Below, piece after piece: positions 45,558 through 57,100 of a DNA stretch of 64,000 nt. Position numbers and translations under genes: made by a program. Location: the NCBI GenBank assembly GCA_034530615.2, contig JAVRCV020000068.1, positions 64,001 to 128,000 on the forward strand, in the 5' to 3' direction. Positions within the stretch are counted from its first letter, which is position 1. Each line of letters opens with the position of its first letter. The stretch comes from Aulosira sp. ZfuVER01. GTDB taxonomy: Bacteria > Cyanobacteriota > Cyanobacteriia > Cyanobacteriales > Nostocaceae. The notes under the pieces were generated by a model. The model was not told the DNA's origin and made no database searches. It was given only the letters and a program-made list of their open reading frames with translations.

Positions 45558-47017
45558 AACAACTTCGTTCATTTCGGCTCCGGATTGCTCTGTTATCTGC
45601 GGCTCTAGCTGGCAGTACATTAGTCGGGTTTGGTGCAGTTTCCTGGTTTCAGATTTACAATGCCAAGATTAGCCGCCTAGATGCAGAACTGTTAAATCAG
45701 TTGATGCGGGCTAGTCGTCCACCTGAGCGAGAGCGAGACTCCGAAGGAGTCGCTCCGCGATCGCATCTCCGCCCAGAACTATTACCCAACTTCGGAACCA
45801 ATACCAAAACCCCTATTGCTCTGTTGGTACTTGATGCTAACGGCACCACAGTCTATCAATCTAACTCTCTACCTGCTGATATTGAGGTGAACAATCTGCT
45901 AGTTAAGCGTCTTCAGTTAACACCTCTGCTAGCACCACCTCCTAGAGAACGACTAAATTCACCAGTAGAGCCACCGCCTTTTCGCCCACTTCCCCCGCAA
46001 TTTGTTACAGAAAAGACAGTAACAGCAACTTGGCGAATTGGAGCAACTAAATTTCCTAATAGTCAGGTTGCTCTGGCTGTGAGTTTGCAAGCCGTCAATC
46101 AAGAGATGGCTAGCATTCGTAATATCTTCCTAGTTTCTATTCCAGTCGCATTGCTACTCGTGGCTGTAGGAGCATGGTTAATTTCTGGCGGGGCGTTGCG
46201 TCCCATCGGTCAATTAACGAGTGTTATTCAACAAGTGACAGTCAAAGGGTTAGATCAGCGCATTCCCATTGGCACAACTGATGTTGAATTTGTCGAATTG
46301 ATTCAGGTGTTTAACCAAATGCTGTCACGCCTGGAACGCAGTTTTACTCAAGCCTCCCGCTTCAGTGCTGATGCTGCTCACGAACTGAAAACCCCATTGA
46401 CGATTTTGCAAGGCGAACTGGAAAGAACGCTGCAACAAGTTGACCCTGGAAGTGAAGTGCAACAACGCCTCAGCAATCTGTTGGATGAAGTGCGCCGCCT
46501 GAGTGGAATTATGCGCAAACTCTTGCTGCTATCTCTAGCAGATGCAGGACAAATGAGTTTGTATTTGGTTGAGGTGGATATGTCACAGTTGCTGATGGAG
46601 ATGGTAGAGGATGTGGAATTATTGGCTCCTCACTTGAGTTTACAAACTGACATTCCTGCGGGATTGAGGGTAAAGGGCGATCGCGATTTGCTCATGCAAG
46701 TTCTGCAAAATCTGTTGAGTAACGCCATCAAATACAATCTTGCCAACGGCTGGATCGAAATTCACGCTCATCAAACCCAAAAAACTCTCCAGGTGACAAT
46801 CGCTAATGCATCAAAAGACATTGCAGCTAGCGATCGCGATCGCCTTTTTGACCGTTTCTATCGCGGCGATCCTGCTCGTACCCGTAAAGTAGAAGGAATC
46901 GGACTCGGACTCAGCCTCGCCCGTGAAATTGCTCGCGCCCATCGTGGCGACCTCACCCTGAATTCTACATCTGATGGTCAAACAGCATTCACTCTTACCT
47001 TGCCGATTACTAAATAA
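45554..47017 (+). CDS. HAMP sensor histidine kinase
   Basis: Two TM segments, HAMP, AAHELKTPL, NAIKY, GLGL. Confidence 0.93.
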   Translation: MKQLRSFRLRIALLSAALAGSTLVGFGAVSWFQIYNAKISRLDAELLNQLMRASRPPERERDSEGVAPRSHLRPELLPNFGTNTKTPIALLVLDANGTTVYQSNSLPADIEVNNLLVKRLQLTPLLAPPPRERLNSPVEPPPFRPLPPQFVTEKTVTATWRIGATKFPNSQVALAVSLQAVNQEMASIRNIFLVSIPVALLLVAVGAWLISGGALRPIGQLTSVIQQVTVKGLDQRIPIGTTDVEFVELIQVFNQMLSRLERSFTQASRFSADAAHELKTPLTILQGELERTLQQVDPGSEVQQRLSNLLDEVRRLSGIMRKLLLLSLADAGQMSLYLVEVDMSQLLMEMVEDVELLAPHLSLQTDIPAGLRVKGDRDLLMQVLQNLLSNAIKYNLANGWIEIHAHQTQKTLQVTIANASKDIAASDRDRLFDRFYRGDPARTRKVEGIGLGLSLAREIARAHRGDLTLNSTSDGQTAFTLTLPITK

Positions 47018-47024
47018 TTACGAA

Positions 47025-50000
47025 TTACGAATTATTTTGACGAACAGGTATTTGAATCAGAAATTCAGTACCTTGATTGGGTGTGGAAACACAATTCAAC
47101 TTACCACCATGTTTTTCTGTAATGATTTGATAACTAATAGACATCCCCATTCCCGTGCCACTACCAACAGGTTTAGTTGTAAAGAATGGATTCAACATTT
47201 GTTTTTGCACCTCTAATGTCATACCGATACCATTATCTGCGATCGCAATTTCTATCCAATTAGTATCGATGGCTGAAGTACGAATGATAATTTTGTTGGG
47301 GTTTGCTTGTCTTTCCTCACAGGAGCGTGCCTTATTTTTTTCTTCTATTGCGTCAATAGCATTTGCCAAAATATTCATAAACACCTGATTTAATTGCCCG
47401 GCATAACATTCTATTAAAGGTAATTTGCCATAGTCTTTGATAATTTCAATATTTGGGTGTTTTGCTTGTTCTCTGAGGCGATGCTGTAAAATTAATAGTG
47501 TACTTTCGATGCCTTCGTGAATATCAACCTTTTTAAACTCGGCTTCGTCCATGCGAGAAAAAGTTCGCAGCGATAAAACAATTTCACTGATGCGCTCAGT
47601 ACCCACTTTCATGGATTTGAGAGTTTTTGGTAAATCTATCTGGATGAACTCTAAATCAAGCTCATTCAACAATTTTTGAATTTCTGGCTGATTTAAATTG
47701 TGTTGTTGATACAGGTTCATCAACTGCAATAAATTTTGGGTATATTCTTCCACATAGGTAATATTGCCATGAATGAAACTGACCGGATTATTAATTTCAT
47801 GCGCTATACCTGCTACCATCTGTCCCAATGCAGACATTTTTTCACTTTGGAGCATCTGAACTTGGGTGCGATGTAATTCTTCTAAGATATTCTGCAGTTG
47901 ATTGTTTTTCTCACTTAGTTCTTGGGTGCGTTCTTTAACTTTATCTTCTAGTTCCATAAAAGCTTGTTGTAAAGCTGTGTACAGACGAGCATTTTCTAAG
48001 GATATTGCTGCTTGAGAAACTAATAAATTCAAAACTTGTACTTTATCAGTTGTAAATGCTCCTATAGTCAGGTAATTTTCTAAATATATTATGCCGAGCA
48101 ATTCACCTTGCTGCATAATTGGCATACACAACATACTCTTGGGCTTTTCTTGTTGAATATATATATCAGCACTCCAACTATTTTCTGTAGTGATATCTTT
48201 AATAACTAATGTATCTAAAGTATTTTTGACATAGTTAATGATGCTATGAGGAACATCATTGCTATCTTTAAAAGGGACAAATTGTAAAATACAATTTTGA
48301 TTGTTTTTGAGGTTAGTAGTTGCTTCAATAACTAAATTGTTATCTCGTAATAACATCAATACAGATTTAGTAGCACCTGCACTTTCTAGAACAATCTGCA
48401 TTATCTGAAAAAGTAATTTTTCGAGTTTAATTTCACTCGATATTGCTTGGGATGCTTTGATGATTCCTGGTAAATCGAGAAATGATGAGGTAGTTATGGT
48501 AGTTGAATGAACCGTGCGTAAAGAAGTTAAGGCAATGCTTTCATTCGTTGGCAGGGAATTGTGTTCTTGTTGCAGGATGGGAGTAAGTAATTGGGAATAA
48601 TGTTTTTCCAAGTCTAATACTTTGGCTAGGCTTCCCCAACGGGTATAGCAATAGTAAGCCTCCTGCATATAGGCTGCGGCAATCTTTTCTTTGCCCCATT
48701 CTAGATAGAATTTCGCAGCGAGTTCATTTGCTAATGCTTCTTCTTGGAGATATTGGTTTTGTTTGGCAAGTTGAATGGCAAGATCGTAATGTTCTGTAGC
48801 ATCGGTTTTCTGAGCTAAAACTCGATACTTTTCTGCTTCCACCAAATGAAACTTATGTAAATGATTCATGGGGGCGTGATCTGCCCATTTTTTGATTTTT
48901 TTCTGGTTTGCTACTACACGTTTGAGAATTCGTTTTTTGTCTTGAGGAGAAGCTTGGCTAGCAAGTGCTAAAGCAGTCAATGAATCGTAAAAATAGAAAA
49001 TAACTGATGTGACTAAGCCGATACCTGCTTCTAAATTTTGTTGAGCTTTTTCTAGAATTTCTGCTCCATACTCTAAGTCTGTAAATAAGTAGCTTAAAAT
49101 GGCCTGATTTACATAAGCAATAAATAATCCCGCTTTGTCGTTTTTGGCTTGTTGCTGTGCCTCCATACGACTGAGAGAATACAAATCGCCTTCAAGTCGA
49201 GATGCTTGGGTTGATTTGCCTAGCAAGGTAAGCACTGCTTGATAGTAAATTTTGTGAGCTTGCAGTGCTGTTTCTTGGTTAAGTTGAGTAATTGCTTGAC
49301 TATAAAACTCATACTTTTGCTCTATGTCTGCCAGATTTGTACCAGCAAAATAGCTATGCGCGCAATAGCCAAAAACTGACCAAGCTGCAAATTCTTTATC
49401 TCCGCTATCTAATCCTGCTTGGTAGCTTTCTAATAATGGTTCTAGGGTTTCTCTAACGTGCTGTTGCCAAGGGTAGATAAAGCAGTGAACAGCGTTGACG
49501 ACGCTGGCTTTAATTTCTTTTGCATCAAATTTTTCTACCAATTTGAGTGCTAATTGACCAAATTGATAGCCGGATTTAATATCACCTAAAAAACCACAGA
49601 GAATTACTCCATACCATGTATAAATAAACGCAGATAAATTAGTGTTACCATATCTGGCAAATAAGCCAACTGCACGAAAAACTAGCAATGGTAATAGATT
49701 AGGTGCGCCATTAAAGGCAGCCGATATAGTTTTTGACAACACTTGAACCACAATGATTTTATCTGGTGCTGTCATGGTGGGTAGGGCTTCTAGAGATGCG
49801 ATAGATTTACCCATTAAAGCCAGTTTAGTGTCTATTAAGCCCAGCACAATCTTTGTTGTAGTTGGCTTGTTAGGGAATTTGACACCAAATTTTTTGACCA
49901 CCGTTACAGCGATTTTGACTGCTTCTACAGCTTGTCCTTGAAACATCAATGCTTGGATTTTGGTTTCATAGACTTTCGCTGTGTCTAGATGGGAGCGTCC

Positions 50001-52505
50001 GTTTTCTAGGACTACTTTGATAACTTGCTCCATCTGCGGAAAATTACCAGACAAAAATGTGGCGCGTGCTAATTCATTGGAAATCTCTAAAGCTAATGGG
50101 TATTGACTTTGCCAGCAATCTGTATTTAGGAGTTTTTGGCTGGTGTGGAGATAGTCTATGCCTGCAACATAAGCAGTAGAAGCGATCGCTTTTTTTGCAG
50201 CTTGCAAATTTAAGCGAGCCAGCTGCTCTTGTTCTAATTTATCAGTAATCAGGGGCAAGCCAAAATTTAGCTGATTGGCGATCGCAAAAATCTGCTCTTC
50301 CCGTTCAGCTGCATCAAGATTTGCCAGCAAGAGTTTACCGATTTTGAGGTGAGTATGTTGTTTTTGCTGGTCAGGAATCAAAGAATAAGCGGCTTGTTGG
50401 ACGCGATCGTGAAAAAATCGATACCTGGCTATTTGGTGAGTATTAGTTGAAATTTGTTGTAAATTTGCTGGAGTGTCATGGGTCTGATAAAACTTATAAA
50501 CTTCACTAACTGGGAGAATTAAACCTTCTTGTAAAGCTTTCCATAAAGCTGTGGCTGTTGCTACTGGAGATTGTTCACAGACAATTGCTAATGTCTCTAA
50601 ATCAAATTGAGAACCAATACAAGCAGATAACTTCAAGACAGCTTGAGTTTCTAATGGCAACTTTTGCAATTGCAATGCCATAAACTCAACCACATCATCA
50701 GTAAATGCCAAAGCTTTAATTTTCGCAATATCACAAAGCCAATATCTAGCCTCTAAATCAAACTCAATCAGCCCATCTTCCGATAATGACTTGAGAAACT
50801 GTGTACTAAAAAAAGGATTGCCTTGAGTTTTTTGATATAGCAATTCTGTGAGAGGTTTTGCCAGTGCTATAGAACAATGGAGGGTATCTGCTACTAGTTG
50901 ATTTAAATCGGTTTTCTGGAGAGCGTTAAGAGTAATATTATTAATCTTTGTACCAATTTTATGAATTTTATCTAAAGTCAGCATCAAAGGATGAGCAGGT
51001 GTAACTTCATTATCTCGGTAAGCACCAATGAGTAACATATAAGCAGAATTAGCTTCACTCATTAATAATTGCATCAGTTTCAAAGAAGCAGAATCTACCC
51101 ACTGTAAATCATCTAGAAAAATTACCAAGGGATGCTCTTTAGTTGTAAAAATCTGAATAAATTTCTGAAATAATAAATTAAATCTATTTTCTGCGGCTGT
51201 TCCTGAAAGTTCCGATGCTGCTGGTTGTTCACCAATAATTTTCTCTAATTCAGGAATCACATCAATAATTACCTGTCCATTCTCCCCGACAGCCGCTAAA
51301 ATCAGACTTTTACATTGCTGGATTTGAGTATCACTTTCACCTAATAATTGCCCCATCAAATCCCGAAAAGCTTGGACAAATGCTGAAAAAGGAATACTCT
51401 TTTGAAATTGGTCAAATTTCCCTTTGATAAAATATCCCCGTTGCCGCACAATCGGTTTATGCACTTCATTGACAACCGCAGTTTTACCAATTCCAGAGAA
51501 CCCAGCAACTAGCATGATTTCGCTGTTACCATCAGCTATTCTTTCAAAGGCTTGTAGCAAGGTTTCTATCTCTTGTTCTCGACCATAAAGATTTTCTGGA
51601 ATCAATAATCTGTCGTTGATATCTCGACTACCTAAGATAAAATCTGCGATCGTGCCTGTGGTTTGCCATGCAGATAAACAAATTTCTAAATCATGCTTTA
51701 AGCCCGCCGCACTTTGATATCTATCTTCGGCATTCTTTGCCATTAATTTCATCACAATATCTGAAAGCATCTGTGGAATTTCTTCCCTGTTCCCCGTTCC
51801 CTGTTCCCTCTTCCCCAATACCATAGGCATTTTAGCGATATGAGAATGCACTAATTCGATTGGATCGTTAGATAAAAATGGTAATTCACCTGTGAGTAAT
51901 TCGTAGAAAGTCACGCCTAAACTATAAAAATCAGTGCGATAATCTATACCCCGATTCATCCTGCCAGTTTGCTCAGGAGAAATATAAGCGAGAGTGCCTT
52001 CTAAGACGTTAGGATTTTGTAGTTGTGGAGTTTCTCTAGGTAGTAGGGATGCAATGCTAAAGTCAATTAATTTAATTTGATGATTTACGGGATTAATTAG
52101 GATATTGGCAGGTTTAATATCTTTATGAATAACTTGATGGTGATGTAGTGCCTCTAAGGTTGTGGCTATGGCAATAGCAACTATTAAGAAATTGCTCATG
52201 GAGAATTTCTGATTTTCTATTCCCCACTCTTTGAGGGAAATACCACCAAAATCCTCCATGACAAAAGCGTAACTATTGCGGTATGCTTCTAGACTGATTG
52301 GTTTGATGATGCCTGGTAAGTCTAAGTTTTTTGTGATGGTGTACTGGTTGCGGAATTGTACCAGTTCGCTAAAACTGGGATAAGGATTTTTCAGCAGTTT
52401 AATCACTACTGGTTGGTTGTCAATCTCTCGGTATCCGCGATAAACCAGAGTTCTAGAACCGTTGTAAAGTTCTTCGCTTACTTGATATCCGAGAATTCCA
52501 AACAT
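47025..52505 (-). CDS. Ser/Thr kinase-AAA-GAF-histidine kinase (HstK/Pkn type)
   Basis: HKDIKPAN, GFSGIGKT, GAF, AHEINNP. Confidence 0.95.
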   Translation of the reverse strand: MFGILGYQVSEELYNGSRTLVYRGYREIDNQPVVIKLLKNPYPSFSELVQFRNQYTITKNLDLPGIIKPISLEAYRNSYAFVMEDFGGISLKEWGIENQKFSMSNFLIVAIAIATTLEALHHHQVIHKDIKPANILINPVNHQIKLIDFSIASLLPRETPQLQNPNVLEGTLAYISPEQTGRMNRGIDYRTDFYSLGVTFYELLTGELPFLSNDPIELVHSHIAKMPMVLGKREQGTGNREEIPQMLSDIVMKLMAKNAEDRYQSAAGLKHDLEICLSAWQTTGTIADFILGSRDINDRLLIPENLYGREQEIETLLQAFERIADGNSEIMLVAGFSGIGKTAVVNEVHKPIVRQRGYFIKGKFDQFQKSIPFSAFVQAFRDLMGQLLGESDTQIQQCKSLILAAVGENGQVIIDVIPELEKIIGEQPAASELSGTAAENRFNLLFQKFIQIFTTKEHPLVIFLDDLQWVDSASLKLMQLLMSEANSAYMLLIGAYRDNEVTPAHPLMLTLDKIHKIGTKINNITLNALQKTDLNQLVADTLHCSIALAKPLTELLYQKTQGNPFFSTQFLKSLSEDGLIEFDLEARYWLCDIAKIKALAFTDDVVEFMALQLQKLPLETQAVLKLSACIGSQFDLETLAIVCEQSPVATATALWKALQEGLILPVSEVYKFYQTHDTPANLQQISTNTHQIARYRFFHDRVQQAAYSLIPDQQKQHTHLKIGKLLLANLDAAEREEQIFAIANQLNFGLPLITDKLEQEQLARLNLQAAKKAIASTAYVAGIDYLHTSQKLLNTDCWQSQYPLALEISNELARATFLSGNFPQMEQVIKVVLENGRSHLDTAKVYETKIQALMFQGQAVEAVKIAVTVVKKFGVKFPNKPTTTKIVLGLIDTKLALMGKSIASLEALPTMTAPDKIIVVQVLSKTISAAFNGAPNLLPLLVFRAVGLFARYGNTNLSAFIYTWYGVILCGFLGDIKSGYQFGQLALKLVEKFDAKEIKASVVNAVHCFIYPWQQHVRETLEPLLESYQAGLDSGDKEFAAWSVFGYCAHSYFAGTNLADIEQKYEFYSQAITQLNQETALQAHKIYYQAVLTLLGKSTQASRLEGDLYSLSRMEAQQQAKNDKAGLFIAYVNQAILSYLFTDLEYGAEILEKAQQNLEAGIGLVTSVIFYFYDSLTALALASQASPQDKKRILKRVVANQKKIKKWADHAPMNHLHKFHLVEAEKYRVLAQKTDATEHYDLAIQLAKQNQYLQEEALANELAAKFYLEWGKEKIAAAYMQEAYYCYTRWGSLAKVLDLEKHYSQLLTPILQQEHNSLPTNESIALTSLRTVHSTTITTSSFLDLPGIIKASQAISSEIKLEKLLFQIMQIVLESAGATKSVLMLLRDNNLVIEATTNLKNNQNCILQFVPFKDSNDVPHSIINYVKNTLDTLVIKDITTENSWSADIYIQQEKPKSMLCMPIMQQGELLGIIYLENYLTIGAFTTDKVQVLNLLVSQAAISLENARLYTALQQAFMELEDKVKERTQELSEKNNQLQNILEELHRTQVQMLQSEKMSALGQMVAGIAHEINNPVSFIHGNITYVEEYTQNLLQLMNLYQQHNLNQPEIQKLLNELDLEFIQIDLPKTLKSMKVGTERISEIVLSLRTFSRMDEAEFKKVDIHEGIESTLLILQHRLREQAKHPNIEIIKDYGKLPLIECYAGQLNQVFMNILANAIDAIEEKNKARSCEERQANPNKIIIRTSAIDTNWIEIAIADNGIGMTLEVQKQMLNPFFTTKPVGSGTGMGMSISYQIITEKHGGKLNCVSTPNQGTEFLIQIPVRQNNS

Positions 52506-52735
52506 ACTGCTAAATCCTTGAGACTTTCAGATTTATTTTTCCCAGATATAGCAATCCTCAAACAACAAGAACCCAATTCGTAATTCGTAATTTGTAATTC
52601 GTAATTTAAAATACATGGATTATGAATTAATTCAAGAAGCCCATGCAAGTTTCTAAGCGACGGTAAGCCACCTACATAACTGGTTACTCAATTCATTGAT
52701 GAAAAAAGCCCCCGGATTCATTCGTGGGGTAATAA

Positions 52736-54115
52736 TTACGAATTATTTTGACGAATAGGTATTTGAATTAGAAACTCAGTACCTTGATTCGGCGTTGAAA
52801 CACAATTCAACTTTCCGCCATGTTTTTCTGTAACAATTTGATAACTAATAGACATCCCCATACCAGTACCATTACCAACAGGTTTGGTGGTAAAAAATGG
52901 ATTCCATATTTGTTGTTTAACTTCATCATTCATTCCTATGCCATTATCTGCGATCGCAATTTTGATCCAATTAGTATCGATGACTGAAGTACGAATGATA
53001 ATTTGGTTGATATTTCCCTGTATTTCTGCACAAGAACGTGTTTTATTTTTCTCTTCTATTGCATCAATCGCATTGGTAAAAATATTCATAAACACCTGAT
53101 TTAATTGTCCGGCATAACATTGTATTAAAGGTAATTTGCCATAGTCTTTGATAATTTCAATACTTGGATTTTGGGCTTTTTCTTTGAGGCGATGTTGCAA
53201 AATTAATAGTGTACTTTCGATACCTGCGTGAATATCAACCTCTTTAAACTCGGCTTCGTCTATACGAGAGAAAGTTCGCAAAGATAAAACAATTTCTCGG
53301 ATGCGCTGAGTACCCACTTTCATGGATTGGAGAGTTTTTGGTAAATCTGTCTGGATGAATTCTAAATCAAGCTCATCCAACAAGTTTTGAAGTTCTGGCT
53401 GATTTAAATTGTGTTGTTGATACAAGTCAATCAACTGCAATAAATCTTGAGCATATTGTTCCACATGGATAAGATTACCGTGGATAAAATTGACAGGGTT
53501 GTTAATTTCATGTGCGACTCCAGCAACCAATTGTCCCAAGCTCGACATTTTTTCTGATTGCAGCATTTGGATTTGGGTGCGTTTGAGTTCTTGGAGAGTG
53601 TCTTCTAAATTTTCTGCTTGTTTGCGAAGTTGGTTTTCCATTTGTTTGCGCTCGCTCATATCTCTAGCGACAACAACAACAGTATCTTCTCCCATCACAG
53701 CAATACTGGCTTCAAACCAAACTTCTCGTTCGCCAATGGGCAAGCTATATTCTATTTTCACAGTTTTTTTGGTTGCGATCGCCTGTTGAATGCAACTAAG
53801 AAAATAATCGGCAAAGCCAGAAGGTAAAACTTCATGCATAGTTTTACCCACCAGTTCCACAGGAGGTTTATATAATGAAGGTGCACTACTAGGTGCAATT
53901 TTTAAGTATCTACCCTCAGCGTTGAGAACCATAATTACATCTTCTATGGCATTGAATAATGCAAGTAATTCTGTTTGAGAATTATTGAGGGCATCATGTT
54001 CTTGCTGAACGATGATGGCTTGATATTTCTGATTACATTCTGCTAACTGCTGCTTTAATTGAGCATTTTCCCGACGGAGGAAAGCAACTTCGTCATCTGG
54101 TACTTCTTGAGCCAA
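52736..54115 (-). CDS. PAS histidine kinase
   Basis: PAS domain, AHEINNP, HATPase; TTG start after GAGGTG. Confidence 0.9.
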   Translation of the reverse strand: MAQEVPDDEVAFLRRENAQLKQQLAECNQKYQAIIVQQEHDALNNSQTELLALFNAIEDVIMVLNAEGRYLKIAPSSAPSLYKPPVELVGKTMHEVLPSGFADYFLSCIQQAIATKKTVKIEYSLPIGEREVWFEASIAVMGEDTVVVVARDMSERKQMENQLRKQAENLEDTLQELKRTQIQMLQSEKMSSLGQLVAGVAHEINNPVNFIHGNLIHVEQYAQDLLQLIDLYQQHNLNQPELQNLLDELDLEFIQTDLPKTLQSMKVGTQRIREIVLSLRTFSRIDEAEFKEVDIHAGIESTLLILQHRLKEKAQNPSIEIIKDYGKLPLIQCYAGQLNQVFMNIFTNAIDAIEEKNKTRSCAEIQGNINQIIIRTSVIDTNWIKIAIADNGIGMNDEVKQQIWNPFFTTKPVGNGTGMGMSISYQIVTEKHGGKLNCVSTPNQGTEFLIQIPIRQNNS

Positions 54116-54137
54116 AATATCACCTCTTTTTGTACTG

Positions 54138-57100
54138 CTAAACAGGGATTTTAATTATAAATTCAGTACCTTGCCCTAAAAAGGAATTGCACTCTAGCGA
54201 ACCAGCGTGTTTATCTACTACAATTTGCCGCGCGGTCGCCAGTCCTAATCCCGTACCTTTGCCTACTTCTTTAGTAGTAAATAAATACTCAAATATTTTT
54301 TGTTTAACTTCTTCATTCATCCCCTGAGCATTGTCAGCAATGCTAATTTTTACCTGGTTGTTCTCTACTGAAGTGGTAATTTTAATTTGATTGGGATTGA
54401 CTTCAATTTCTGCAAATTCACACCCAGTATTTGATTCATCTAATGCATCTATTGCATTAGCAATAATATTCATGAATACTTGATTTAATTGCCCAGGAAA
54501 ACACTCAATTTTTGGCAAATTACCATAATCGATAATTATTGAAATACCTGGACGTTGTTTATTAGCCTTGAGCCGATGTTTGAGAATTAAAATTGTGCTG
54601 TCGATACCTTCGTGAATATCAAAAAGCACTTTGTAATCTTTATCTGCACGAGAGAAAGTTCGTAAACTAGTACTGATATTTTTTAATCTATCGCAAGCCA
54701 AAATCATGGAGGCAATTATCTTGGGCAGGTCTTCTAAGCTATAATCTAAGTCTATTTTTTTGGCATGGTTGAGAATTTGCTGATGGGTATGAGTTGAGCT
54801 TTCTTGATATAGCCGCAAATGTTCAATAATATCTGTCAAGATGGGTTGAGCTTGTTCGAGGCTAGCGGCAATAAAACCGAGGGGATTATTCATTTCATGG
54901 GCTACCCCAGCAACAAGATTACCCAATGCAGACATTTTCTCATGTTGCACTAATTGCAATTGGGTTTGCTGGAGATGTTGGAGTGTTTGTTCTAGTTGGG
55001 TTGCTTGTTTTTGAGTTTCTATCAATAAATCTGTTTGTTGGAGTGCAACTCCCATTTGTGCGCCAACTTGCTGGGCAAATTGAATTTCAAAAGGTTGCCA
55101 ATGGCGTGGGCGATCGCATTGATGAATGCAGAGTAAACCCCAAATTTCATCATCTTGCATAATTGGTACTACCAAGGATGCTTTAACCTGGAATTGTGCT
55201 AGAAGTTCTCGATGACAATCTTTTACCGTATCTGAGTTGACATCGGTTATGGCACAGATGCGTCCTTGTCTATACAGGGTGGCAAAGTTTTCACCAAAGC
55301 AATTATCTTGAACTTTCACTGCTAAGGCAGAAGAAAATTGTGGTAGTACATCCTCTGCGATAAACTCACCATATTCATAATTTGCATCTAAATAGAACTG
55401 ATAAATACCGACGCGATCGGCATTGAGAATTTGACGAATATTTTGGGTGACTGCACGAAAAATCGCATCTAAGTCTAAAGACTCGCGAATTTGAGTAACA
55501 ACCTTAAATAAGGTTTTTTGTTGCTGGAGAGATTGTTGTAGCTGTTGGGCTTTTTCTTGCGATTCTTGATACAGGCGGGCATTTTCCAAAGAAATAGCGG
55601 CTTGGGCTGATAACATTTGGATAATTTCTAGGCGATCGCTATTAAATACACCACTTATTAGTTGATTTTCTAGGTAGAGAATACCTACTAAATTTCCTTG
55701 ATGAATAATTGGCATACACAATACACTCTTAGGTTGTATTCTGTAGATATATTCTCCAATTATGCCTGGAATATCTGTTTGGCAATTATCAATGACAATG
55801 GTTTTCTGAGTATTTTTGACGTAATTGATAATATTTTTGGGAATATCTTGGCAATTATCTATTGTTTGGGCGTTAATTGTAGTTTGAATATCATCAATAA
55901 AATTGGCTTGATGATTGATGAAAGTAATTGCCTTAACTTGCCAATTGCTTTGTGCTTCGGGGAGAATCAAGGCACATTTTTTAGCCCCAGAGTTTTCTAA
56001 AATAATGTGAGTCAGACTAGCCAGTAATTGATCTAATTCGATGGTACTGGAAATAGTTTGAGCCGCTTTCAGAGCAGAGGAAAAATTTAGGGCATCAGTA
56101 ATGCTGGTGCTGTGAGTAGTGGATATTTGCGCAATAGTGGCAATGGTTTCTGAAGGATGGAAGTTGAGTCGTTGCTGTTGCAGGATGGGTTTGAGTAGTT
56201 GAGGGTAGCGTTTTTCTAGCTCGTCAGTTTTGGCTTTTGCGCCCCAGCGAGCGTAGCAGTAGTATGCTTGTTGTACATATCCTTGGGCAGCTTTTTCTTT
56301 ACCCCAATTGAGGTAAAATTTACCAGCGAGTTCATTGGCGATCGCTTCTTCTTGGAGATAACCGTTGGCTTTAGCTTCGGTAATGGCGCGCTCGTAAAGT
56401 TCCAGGGCTTCCAGATATTTTCCGGCAATTCGCGATCGCTCTGCTTCGACTAGCAAATACTTATGCAAGAAGTTTTCTGCACAGCTTTCTGACCATATTT
56501 TAAGTTGGGCTTGATTAATTTCAATCTGCTGCAAAACATGACTACGTTCTGCTTCTGGCAAACTGGGATAGTGCTTGCACATAATCAGAGAACCGTAGTA
56601 ATAGTAACCGGCAGAAGTGGTAAATCCGGCACAACCATTCAGAAATTTCCGCGCCTCTGTTAGATAGTGAATGTCCGGCTTGCAGCCCTGAATTAGGCAA
56701 GCTCGAAACATTTGCAGAATGTAATAAGTGCCAAGGGCTGTATAAGATTTCAATGCCTCAGAACGTTCGACCCAAGCCTGCTCTGCTTTTACCAGATCTG
56801 GTTCTGGCTCATCTAAAGATTGTGAAAGTTGGTTAACAAAGAAACGGCTAGCAGCAAGGATGCTCAGTAAAAAATCATGTTTTAATTTCTCTCCAATCAA
56901 CCAATATTTATCAATGTCGAGCGCAATATCTGACAGGTTTTCACCTTGAAATAGCCGATTCAAAATATTACCGTATAAATTATATCCAGCATGGATAATT
57001 TCTCCGGATTCCAATCCTGCTAAAAACCCTTGATAGTTGATCTCAGCCGCTCCTTGTATTGGTTTTGCCCAAACTTGAATAGCGTAACTTAAGATAAAGC

